64,000 bases of DNA from a bacterium (GTDB lineage: Bacteria; Krumholzibacteriota; Krumholzibacteriia; LZORAL124-64-63). The position numbers and the translations under genes are program-made. The stretch lies in NCBI GenBank assembly GCA_031441465.1, contig JANOEP010000024.1:12546-76545 (forward strand), given 5' to 3'. The stretch's first letter is position 1; every line of letters begins with the position of its first letter. The notes below the pieces were generated by a model, which worked only from the letters and a program-made list of their open reading frames with translations, made no database searches and was not told where the DNA came from. Below, piece after piece: positions 11,085 to 19,480 of the stretch.

Positions 11085-13000
11085 CGCGGCACCTCCAACC
11101 CGTCCAGCAGGACGCCGAGGGTCTCCAGCACGTCGCAGCCGAGGTGGATCACCCGGTCCACGCCCGCAGCCCGCCAGGCCGCCTCGTGGTCACCCAGCCG
11201 GCCGGCCACCACGACCATCGCGGCGCCCGCGCTCTTGAGCGCCGCGGCCGCGGCCGGCAGGCGCTCGGCGTAGACCTCGTCCGTGGAGCAGATCACCGCC
11301 AACCGGCAACCGCTGCGGCGCCAGGCCGCCGCCAGGGCGACGGGGTCGTCGTACCCGTCCTCCCCCTCGGCCTCGATGCCGCCCGCGGCGAGCAGGTTGC
11401 GGGCGAAAGCCGCGCGGGCGGCGTGCTGGGCGGGGCAGCCCAGGTTGGCCAGGAACGCACGCGGTCGCGCTCCGGTGGCCGCGAGGTGCCGGTCCGCCGC
11501 GTCGCGCATGGCCTCGAAGGGTTCGGCCAGCCGCGCAGCGGTCAGGGGCGCGATGGTGTCCTGCAGCGGCGCCCGGGTCGCCGGTGCTCCGGCCGGCGGA
11601 GCGGGGCGCGGGCGGGCCACGGTGCGTTCGTCCAGCTGGGGGTACTCGCTGACTCCCGTCAGAGGTATCCGGCGGGTGGCGACGTCGCGCGCGCGGGCCT
11701 GCCGGGTCGCGGCGATCCGCGCCTGGAACCAGCCGTCGCGCAGGCAGGCGACCAACCCGCCGCGGCCCTCGAGTTCCTGGAACAGGCTCCAGGCGCGCTC
11801 GGCCAAGGCCGCGGTCCGCGCCTCGAGGTGCCAGCAGCCGCCGGCGGGATCCAGCACCCGCCCCAGGTGCGCCTCCTGCTGCAGCACGATCTGCACGTTG
11901 CGGGCGAGACGGCGGCTGAAGTCGTCGGGCGCGTTGACGGCGGCGTCGAAGGGCAGGACGGTCACGACCTCGGCGCCGCCGACCGCCGCGGCGAAGGCGG
12001 CCGTGGTGGTGCGCAGCAGGTTCACCCAGGGATCGCGCGCCGTCATCATCCGCCAGGAGGTGCGCGCGTGCAGGTGGGCGCACCTCGACTCCGGCGCGCC
12101 TCCGCTCGCTTCGATCAGCCGCGACCAGACGGTGCGCAGGGCCCGCAGCTTGGCGATGTCGCCGAAAAACTGCCCGTCGACCGCGACGCAGACGTGGATC
12201 TGGCGCGCCGCCGTCGTCAGGTCCAGCCCCCCCGCGTCCATGGCCTTCAGGTAACCGAGCCCCCCCGACAGGATGGCGGCGAGTTCCTGGACGTCGTCCG
12301 CGCCCGCGTCGTGGAAGGGGCAGCCCGCCACCTTCACGGCGCGGACCCGCGGGGTCTCCCGCGCGCAGAAGGCCGCCAACGCCGCCATGTCCGCCAGCAG
12401 CGCTGCGATGCCGCCCGGCACGCCGCCCTTGACGATCCAGGCCGCCACCGGGTCGGCCAGCAGGTCGGCCCGCACCTCGCCGGCCGCGACGCCGCGTCGC
12501 TCCCAGACCTCGCGCAACTGCTGCGACGCCTGGACGAAGCGGGCGCCTGCTTTCAGGGCGATCCGGGCCGTCGCGAGGTCGGCGCCGGCCAGAGCCAGGT
12601 CGAGGTCGGCGGCGCTGCGGACCGCGACGCCCGTCAGTCCGGTGGGGTCCAAGGCCAATTGGACCGAGGTGGCGCCTCGGGCCAGTTCCTGGCGGACCTC
12701 CTGCCCGGCGAGCGTCGGATCCGGATGCGTCACTTCCTGGCGGATGTCCCAGCCGGGCGCCGCCTCGCCGCCCTGCGCTCCCCTGGTGAAGGGAGCCCGG
12801 CCCGGCCAACCAGCGCCCGTGACGGAGCCGGGAAGATCGGCCCGCGTGTAGAGCGGCAGGATCTCGATCCCTTCCAGGGTCCGAGTCACGAGCCTCTTGG
12901 CGAAGGGGGCTCCGGCGAGGTCTTTTTCGACCAGGGCGCGCCATTGTTCGAGGCTGGGGGGCGGGAAGGGCGGCGGGGCGACAGGCTCGTGAGCAGGCAT
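11081..13000 (-). CDS. mutA: Methylmalonyl-CoA mutase small (non-catalytic) subunit
   Basis: [36 protein letters not shown]; lacks DxHxxG; 4-nt overlap with the large subunit. Confidence 0.93.
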   Translation of the reverse strand: MPAHEPVAPPPFPPPSLEQWRALVEKDLAGAPFAKRLVTRTLEGIEILPLYTRADLPGSVTGAGWPGRAPFTRGAQGGEAAPGWDIRQEVTHPDPTLAGQEVRQELARGATSVQLALDPTGLTGVAVRSAADLDLALAGADLATARIALKAGARFVQASQQLREVWERRGVAAGEVRADLLADPVAAWIVKGGVPGGIAALLADMAALAAFCARETPRVRAVKVAGCPFHDAGADDVQELAAILSGGLGYLKAMDAGGLDLTTAARQIHVCVAVDGQFFGDIAKLRALRTVWSRLIEASGGAPESRCAHLHARTSWRMMTARDPWVNLLRTTTAAFAAAVGGAEVVTVLPFDAAVNAPDDFSRRLARNVQIVLQQEAHLGRVLDPAGGCWHLEARTAALAERAWSLFQELEGRGGLVACLRDGWFQARIAATRQARARDVATRRIPLTGVSEYPQLDERTVARPRPAPPAGAPATRAPLQDTIAPLTAARLAEPFEAMRDAADRHLAATGARPRAFLANLGCPAQHAARAAFARNLLAAGGIEAEGEDGYDDPVALAAAWRRSGCRLAVICSTDEVYAERLPAAAAALKSAGAAMVVVAGRLGDHEAAWRAAGVDRVIHLGCDVLETLGVLLDGLEVPR

Positions 13001-13182
13001 CTCGAGTCTCCCGGTCGATGATCAAACCATCTTTTTTTTCAAGAGACTACGCCGATCAGCTTCGTGCGGTCCCTCAGAGTCGCTACGTTAGGCGACAGCC
13101 TGTTAATTCACAAACATAAGGTTGGGGCCACCCCACGCGAATCGTGTGCCGGTCGGGGCGGCGGGGCGGGATCGGCGGGCGC

Positions 13183-13425
13183 TCAGCCCTCAGCAGCGTC
13201 CTTCCTGAGTTCCTGGGGAGTTTGGCCGGGCACGGCCACGGCGGCGTGGGGGGGCGGATCCGAAATGGCGACTCGGTCCTCGGCGACCTCATCCTCGACC
13301 AAGGCCGTCAACCGGTCGAGTTGGGCGGCGATCTGGGCCAGTTCCTCGACGAGGCGGGCTCGGGCCGCTTCGTCCAAGTCGAGGGCCGCCAGAGCTGCCT
13401 GCCGGCGTTCCTGATCCTGGTCCAT
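13183..13425 (-). CDS. Small hypothetical protein, weakly GatC-like helical pattern
   Basis: AGGAGG RBS before ATG 13425; 80 aa amphipathic helix LAALDLDEAARARLVEELAQIAAQLDRL. Confidence 0.55.
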   Translation of the reverse strand: MDQDQERRQAALAALDLDEAARARLVEELAQIAAQLDRLTALVEDEVAEDRVAISDPPPHAAVAVPGQTPQELRKDAAEG

Positions 13426-13527
13426 GCTACCTCCTGGGCCGAATTCCCGTTGCTGAGGGGCGAGCGGCCCACCCCTGAAGCCGGCGACCCGGGGTTGGGT
13501 CCGGCGGCCGATCTGTCGTAAGATGGG

Positions 13528-15618
13528 GTGATCCTAACCGATCCTGGCCCAGGAAGGAAGAGCGAGTCCGTGGTCCCTCCGCGCCACCCCCCCAGCCCCC
13601 GTGCGGCCCTGCCGGCCGCCGTCGTGGCGGCGATGATCGCCGTCCTCGTCGCCACGGCCGGCTCGGCAGCCCCGGCGCCGCCCCCGGAGCCGCCCCTCGA
13701 CGCTGCCTATTGGGAGCGCCCCGGTTCGCCGGCGTTGCTGCCGGGCAGCGACGAGCCCGCCCCCCGCGACGATGATCGCGGGTACGACGTCCTGAACTAC
13801 AGTTTGGACCTGCGCCTGGATCCGGCCGCTCGCAGCGTGACCGGCAGCGTGCTGATGACCCTGGCGTTCCCCGCCGGCCATCCCCCCGACACCCTGGTCG
13901 TGGACCTGGACGAACCGCTGGTCGTGGACGCCGTCGTCTGGGACCTGCAGCCCGCGTCCCTGGTGCGGACGGGCGAGGAACTGCACATCGCGGCCCCGCC
14001 CGGCCCCGCCGCCGGGGCGGTCGTGCGGATCGTCTACCACGGCGAACCCCAGCGCCACGGCGCCTACGCGGCGGGCATGCTGTTCCGCGCGCAGGGCGAT
14101 TCGCCGCAGGTCCCGATCGGCCCGACGATCCTCACCATGAGCGAACCCTGGTCGGCCCACGCCTGGTGGCCCTGCAAGGATCATCCGGCGGACAAGGCCA
14201 CGGTGCGGCTGGCGCTGACGGTGCCGGACTCGCTCGTCGCCGTGGCCAACGGCCTGCTCGTCGCCGACGAGCCCGCCGAGCCGGGGTGGCGCCGCACCGT
14301 CTGGGAGACCGGCTACCCGACTTCCACCTACCTGGTCGCGGTGCACGTGGCCGGCTACGCCGCCTGGCAGGAAACCTGCGACCTGGCCGGCGGTCCGCTG
14401 CCGCTGACCTTCCACGTCTTCCCGCGGCACGAAGCGGCGGCGCGTTTCGACCTGGCCCCCACCTGCGACATGCTGCGCTTCCTCGAGGACCTGGCCGGGC
14501 CCTACCCGTTCGCCGCCGAACGCTACGGTCAGGTCGAATTCAAATGGGGCGGCGCCATGGAACACCAGACGTGCACGAGCCTGGGCAGCGTCGTGCTGCG
14601 GGGCGACGGCCGCTACCGCAACGTGGTCCTGCACGAGATGGCCCACCAGTGGTTCGGCGACCTGGTGACGCCGGCGGACTGGCCGGACGTCTGGCTGAAC
14701 GAGGGGTTTGCGACCTACTGCGAAGCGCTCTGGCTGGAGCACACGGAAGGTCCGGCCGGCCTGCGCCGGCGCCTGGAGTCCATCGGGCCGGGCCAACACC
14801 CGTCCCTGTTCGAGGGCGAGGGCCTGCTGACCGACCCCGAACCCGTCCTGCCCAACATCCTGGTCTACCACAAGGGCGCCTGGGTGCTACACATGCTGCG
14901 CGGGGCGATGGGCGACGCCGCCTTCCGCGACTTCCTGCGCGACTGGGTCGGGTCGCCGCAGCGCGCCTACGCCCACGCCACGACCGCCGACCTGGTCCGC
15001 GTCGTCGGCGAGCACGCCCCCTTCGACGCCGCCGCGTTCCTGGAACCCTGGCTGTACACCGACGCGGTGCCGTACCTGTCTTGGTCGGCCAGCCCGGAGC
15101 CGACCTCGGCCGGCGGCACCCGCGTGACGGCGTCCCTGCGCCAGCTCCAGCGGACGCCCTTCGACCTGGCCGTGCCGCTGCGCCTGCTGACCGACCGCGC
15201 CGTCCTGGACACGACCGTATGGCTGCGCACGCCGCAGCAGTCCTGGACTTTCGACCTGCCCGGCGAGTGGAAGGGGTTGGAAGTGGACCCCGACGGCTGG
15301 GTGCTGATGGCGCGGCGTCCCCTGCCCGACCCGCCGGTCAGGCTGCTGGCCGTCCACCCGGACCCGGCGGGCCCCGCGGGCGCGACGCTCAGCTTCCGGG
15401 TGTCGGCGGGCGGACCCGTCGCGGTGGAGCTCGTGGACGTGGGCGGTCGGCGACGCGGGCGCTGGGAACTCGGCACGCTGGCCGCCCGAGACGAGCCCTA
15501 CCCCTGGCGCTGGCGGGGCGACGACGGCGAGGGCCGCCCGGTCCCGTCCGGGATCTACTGGCTGTCGGTGAGCGGGGGCGGGCGGCGCAGCGTCGTCAAG
15601 GTGGCGCTCGTGCGATGA
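13528..15618 (+). CDS. Secreted M1 family aminopeptidase with C-terminal FlgD-Ig/T9SS-CTD-like domain (start uncertain)
   Basis: Signal-like AAVVAAMIAVLVATAGSA; YDVLNYSLDL; WWPCKDHPADKA; GAMEH; HEMAHQWFG...WLNEGFATY; YHKG; C-terminus WRGDDGEGRPVPSGIYWLSV...VVKVALVR. Confidence 0.92.
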   Translation: MILTDPGPGRKSESVVPPRHPPSPRAALPAAVVAAMIAVLVATAGSAAPAPPPEPPLDAAYWERPGSPALLPGSDEPAPRDDDRGYDVLNYSLDLRLDPAARSVTGSVLMTLAFPAGHPPDTLVVDLDEPLVVDAVVWDLQPASLVRTGEELHIAAPPGPAAGAVVRIVYHGEPQRHGAYAAGMLFRAQGDSPQVPIGPTILTMSEPWSAHAWWPCKDHPADKATVRLALTVPDSLVAVANGLLVADEPAEPGWRRTVWETGYPTSTYLVAVHVAGYAAWQETCDLAGGPLPLTFHVFPRHEAAARFDLAPTCDMLRFLEDLAGPYPFAAERYGQVEFKWGGAMEHQTCTSLGSVVLRGDGRYRNVVLHEMAHQWFGDLVTPADWPDVWLNEGFATYCEALWLEHTEGPAGLRRRLESIGPGQHPSLFEGEGLLTDPEPVLPNILVYHKGAWVLHMLRGAMGDAAFRDFLRDWVGSPQRAYAHATTADLVRVVGEHAPFDAAAFLEPWLYTDAVPYLSWSASPEPTSAGGTRVTASLRQLQRTPFDLAVPLRLLTDRAVLDTTVWLRTPQQSWTFDLPGEWKGLEVDPDGWVLMARRPLPDPPVRLLAVHPDPAGPAGATLSFRVSAGGPVAVELVDVGGRRRGRWELGTLAARDEPYPWRWRGDDGEGRPVPSGIYWLSVSGGGRRSVVKVALVR

Positions 15619-15694
15619 GGCGCAATGTGCAGCGGGGGACTCCCCAGAGCCCCCCGCCGGTCGCGGGCCTCGGCCCGCGCTGCACGCCGAGGGG

Positions 15695-17086
15695 CTAAGC
15701 CGCCGGCGTTGCCTCGAGCGGGGCGTCGACGTTCCGGCCGTGGCACACCGTCCGGTTGCGGCCGCCCTCCTTGGCGGCGTAGAGCGCCTCGTCGGCCCGC
15801 TTCAGGATCGACTCCTCTTTATCCTCGCGCCCCCGCAGCTGCCCGATGCCGGCGCTGACGGTCACCGGGATCTCCAGCCCGCCGTCGTTCACCGGTGTCG
15901 CGGCCACGGCCAGGCGGACCCGCTCACCCACCCGGATCAGCGCTTCCTCGCCGGCGCCCGGCACGATGACCACGAACTCCTCGCCGCCGTAGCGCAGCAG
16001 CACGTCGCTCTCGCGCAGGGCGCTCTGGGCGCGCCGCGCCGTCTCGGCCAGCACGCGGTCGCCGGCGAGGTGCCCGTAGGTGTCGTTGACGAGCTTGAAG
16101 TGGTCGATGTCGAACATCACCACGCCCAAGGGGGTGCCCTGGCGCATCGCGCCCTGGAACTCCTCGCGCAGGCGGCGCATGCCGAAGCGGCGGTTCAGGA
16201 CACCGGTCAGCGTGTCGATCGCCGCGATCCTTTGCAGGCGGGCGTGGGTGACGGCGTTGTTGAGGGCCAGACCCATCCCCTGCTGGAACAGCCGCACCAA
16301 CCACATGGCGTCCTTGCCGAGCATGGCGTCCGAGGCGATGACCACGGCGCCCAGCGCCTGCGCCTCGTAGACGATGGGCACGACCAGCACCTGCCGCGGC
16401 TTGAACTGGGTGACCACGCCCTCGAGCGCGATGTCGCGGGGGATGCGCACGATCTGCACCTGCTGCGTATCCAGGGCGCGACGCACATGATCGCTTTCGG
16501 GCAGGCGGCTCACGTCGCTCAGGCCGTGGTTGGCGGCGACCGTCAGCTCGGTTTCCTCGCGCACGAGCACGCAGCCCGCGGTGGCCCCCGTCTGTTCCAG
16601 CACCAGTTCGATCGCGGCGCGACAGAGCGCCTCGACCTCGAGCTTGGTCGAGAGGGTCTCGGTCAGTTCGCTGGACGCCGCCTCCATCTTGTGGGCGTGG
16701 ACCACCTCGTGCAGCAGGGCGTTGAAGGCTTCGGCCGTGTGGCCGATCTCGTCGTCGCTGGTGACCGGCACGGCGCAGTGCTCGGCGTTGCAGGCGCGCC
16801 AGTCCCGGCTGAACGAAGCTTCGCGGACGCCCTCCTCGACCTCGCGCATGCGCCCGACCACGATCTGCAGTTCCGCGCGCACGACCCGGGTCGCCAACCG
16901 GTGGTTCAGCCAGCCGACGGCGGCGCCCGCCGCCAGCGTGCCGAGGAACGTCGTCCAACGCAGGGCCAACGCCGCCGGCACCCCGATCAGCAGCAGGAAG
17001 AACGGGAAGACGAGCCCCACGCCCACGCCCAACCCGATCATCCAGTACCTGAGGTCCGCAAAGACCGATTCGGTGAATCTCTTCAT
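15695..17086 (-). CDS. Membrane diguanylate cyclase (2TM-HAMP-GAF-GGDEF)
   Basis: Two N-terminal TM segments; DEIG HAMP motif; GAF-like region; DIDHFKLVNDTYGHLAGD; RESD I-site; RYGGEEF. Confidence 0.93.
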   Translation of the reverse strand: MKRFTESVFADLRYWMIGLGVGVGLVFPFFLLLIGVPAALALRWTTFLGTLAAGAAVGWLNHRLATRVVRAELQIVVGRMREVEEGVREASFSRDWRACNAEHCAVPVTSDDEIGHTAEAFNALLHEVVHAHKMEAASSELTETLSTKLEVEALCRAAIELVLEQTGATAGCVLVREETELTVAANHGLSDVSRLPESDHVRRALDTQQVQIVRIPRDIALEGVVTQFKPRQVLVVPIVYEAQALGAVVIASDAMLGKDAMWLVRLFQQGMGLALNNAVTHARLQRIAAIDTLTGVLNRRFGMRRLREEFQGAMRQGTPLGVVMFDIDHFKLVNDTYGHLAGDRVLAETARRAQSALRESDVLLRYGGEEFVVIVPGAGEEALIRVGERVRLAVAATPVNDGGLEIPVTVSAGIGQLRGREDKEESILKRADEALYAAKEGGRNRTVCHGRNVDAPLEATPAA

Positions 17087-17203
17087 CGCGACATCCTGGT
17101 GAATTTTTCTCCCTCCTGGCGAACGGAGCAGCTATCGGCAGGGTGGGCCGCCGCTTGAGGGATTGTCGCTTCGTTGAACGGGGAATGTCGGTCCGCCGGC
17201 GCG

Positions 17204-19465
17204 TCAGTCCAGAGGGCGCAGCCGGGCGAAACGGGCCAGGAAATGCTTGCGCGCCCCACCGGGGAAATCGACGCTCAGCTTGAGGCTGTCTCCCTGGCCC
17301 TCGACCCTGGCGACGATGCCCACGCCCAGGGTGGGATGGGCCACCCGCTGGCCCACCCGGAAGACGAGGTCCTCCTGGTTGACGTCGTCGTGCCAGTCGA
17401 CCGCGCGCAGGCGCGGCGCGTTCGCGGCGCGGAAGCCGGGGACGGGGTCGCGGCGACGGGGCCGGTCGGCGCCGGACGCCGGCGGCGCCGCGTTCCCGCC
17501 CCACAGGAACGTGGACAGCGAAGGCTGCACGACCCGCAGCGACTCGCCGCTGCGCACCACCAGTTCGGGGGGGATCTCGTCCAGGAAACGCGAGGGCGCG
17601 CACAACTCGCGCTGGCCGTAGCGGCGGCGCATGCGCGCGTGGAACAGGTGGACGCGCAGCCGGGCCCGCGTCAGCGCCACGTAGAAGAGCCGGCGCTCCT
17701 CCTCCAGGGCGGCCTCGTCGTCGAGGTTCGAGGCGTGGGGCATCAGGTTCTCCTCGACGCCGCTGACCACGACCACCGGGAACTCGAGGCCCTTGGCCGC
17801 GTGCACGGTCATCAGCCGCACGACGCCCTGGTCGTCCCGGGCGGTGTCGGCGTCGGCGACCAGGGCCGTCTGCTCGAGGAACTGGGCGAGCGTGCCCCCG
17901 TCGCTCTGCTCATGGAAGGCGTAGGCGCCGTTGATCAGCTCGGCCACGTTCTCGTTGCGGGCCGGCGCCGTCAGGGGGTCATCCTGCTCCAGGTGCCGCA
18001 CGTAGTCGATCTGCTCGACGATGCGCTCCACCAGTTCGGGCACCGGCGTCTCGTCCAGCGCCGCGCGCCAGCCGGCGACCAAACCGAAGAAGGCGCGGAT
18101 CCGCTCGCAGGCCGAGGTGTTGAGGGAGGCGTCGAGCAGGCCCGACCGCGTGGCCGCCTCGCCGAGCGACAGGCCCTCGGCCTCGGCGATCTCCACCAGG
18201 CGCGCCGCCGAAGCCTCGCCGATGCGCCGCTTCGGCACGTTCAGGACGCGCAGCGCCGACATCGCGTCGCGCGGGTTGTTGACGAGCTTCAGGTAGGCCA
18301 GGACGTCGCGCACCTCGCGCCGCTCGTAGAAGGCGGTCGCCCCCACGATCTGGTAGGGCACGGTCGCGCGCCGCAGCGCGTCCTCCAGGGCACGGCTCTG
18401 GGCGTTGGTGCGGTACAGGACCGTCACGTCGCCGCGGTTGCCGCCGGCGGCGGTCTGCGCCCGCACGAGGTCCACGACGCGGTCGGCCTCGTCCTCCTCG
18501 TCGCCCACGGTCTCGATCCCCAGCGGTTCGCCCGGTCCGTCGAGCGTCCACAGGTTCTTGCCCTTGCGCCGGACGTTGTGGGCGATGACGGCGTTGGCGG
18601 CCGCCAGGATGTTGCCGGTGCTGCGGTAGTTCTGCTCCAGCCGCACGACCGCGGCCCCGCCGAAGTGCTGCTCGAAGTCGAGCATGTTCTCGATGCAGGC
18701 CCCGCGCCAGGAGTAGATGCTCTGGTCGTCGTCGCCGACGGCGAACACGTTCCCGTGGACCGAACTGAGCGCACGCACCAGGATCAGCTGCAGGGGGTTG
18801 GTGTCCTGGAACTCGTCGACCAGGACGTGGCGGAAGCGGCCCGCCAGGCGCAGCCGCACGTCCTCGTGCTCCTCCAGCAGGTGGACGGTGCGCAGGATGA
18901 GGTCGTCGAAGTCGCAGGCGTTGCTGGCCCGCAGCCCCTTCTCGTAGGCCGCGTAGACCGCGGCCGCCTTCTCCTCGCGGAAGTCGGCCGCGTCGCGCGC
19001 GGCCTGCGCGGGGGACACGTCCTCGTTCTTCCAGCGGCTGACGGCGGCCCGCAGCTGCTGCGGGGCGTACTGCTTCGGGTCGAGGCCCAGGTCGCCGAGC
19101 ACCTTCTTGAGCAGCCGCGTGCTGTCGTCGGTGTCGTAGATGGAGAACGAGGGGTCAAGACCCAGCGCGGCGCCCTCGCGCCGCAGGATGCGCACGCCGG
19201 TGGCGTGGAAGGTGCCGACCCAGCTCGGGGCGCGGCCGCCGCCCACCAGGACGTCGACCCGCTCCCGCATCTCGCGGGCGGCCTTGTTGGTGAAGGTGAA
19301 GGCGAGCACCGACCAGGGGTCGGCCCGGCGCTCCTCGAGCAGCCAGGCGATGCGTGTGGTCAGGACGCGGGTCTTGCCGCTGCCGGCGCCGGCGACGACC
19401 AGCACGGGGCCGTCCGGCGCGGTCACGGCCTCGCGCTGCCGCTCGTTCAGGGTGTCGAGATCCAT
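17204..19465 (-). CDS. pcrA: ATP-dependent DNA helicase PcrA/UvrD
   Basis: AGAGSGKT, TFTNKAAREM, VDEFQDTN, VGDDDQSIY, LEQNYRS, TVHAAKGLEF, EERRLFYVALTRA; C-terminal Tudor-like RVAHPTLGVG. Confidence 0.96.
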   Translation of the reverse strand: MDLDTLNERQREAVTAPDGPVLVVAGAGSGKTRVLTTRIAWLLEERRADPWSVLAFTFTNKAAREMRERVDVLVGGGRAPSWVGTFHATGVRILRREGAALGLDPSFSIYDTDDSTRLLKKVLGDLGLDPKQYAPQQLRAAVSRWKNEDVSPAQAARDAADFREEKAAAVYAAYEKGLRASNACDFDDLILRTVHLLEEHEDVRLRLAGRFRHVLVDEFQDTNPLQLILVRALSSVHGNVFAVGDDDQSIYSWRGACIENMLDFEQHFGGAAVVRLEQNYRSTGNILAAANAVIAHNVRRKGKNLWTLDGPGEPLGIETVGDEEDEADRVVDLVRAQTAAGGNRGDVTVLYRTNAQSRALEDALRRATVPYQIVGATAFYERREVRDVLAYLKLVNNPRDAMSALRVLNVPKRRIGEASAARLVEIAEAEGLSLGEAATRSGLLDASLNTSACERIRAFFGLVAGWRAALDETPVPELVERIVEQIDYVRHLEQDDPLTAPARNENVAELINGAYAFHEQSDGGTLAQFLEQTALVADADTARDDQGVVRLMTVHAAKGLEFPVVVVSGVEENLMPHASNLDDEAALEEERRLFYVALTRARLRVHLFHARMRRRYGQRELCAPSRFLDEIPPELVVRSGESLRVVQPSLSTFLWGGNAAPPASGADRPRRRDPVPGFRAANAPRLRAVDWHDDVNQEDLVFRVGQRVAHPTLGVGIVARVEGQGDSLKLSVDFPGGARKHFLARFARLRPLD

Positions 19466-19480
19466 ACCCGCGGGCTCCCC

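Noticed and set aside
13001..13182. Cobalamin riboswitch upstream of the B12-dependent mutase
   Set aside because: No B12-box or GGGAA...GCCACTG-type core visible. An Rfam scan would settle it.
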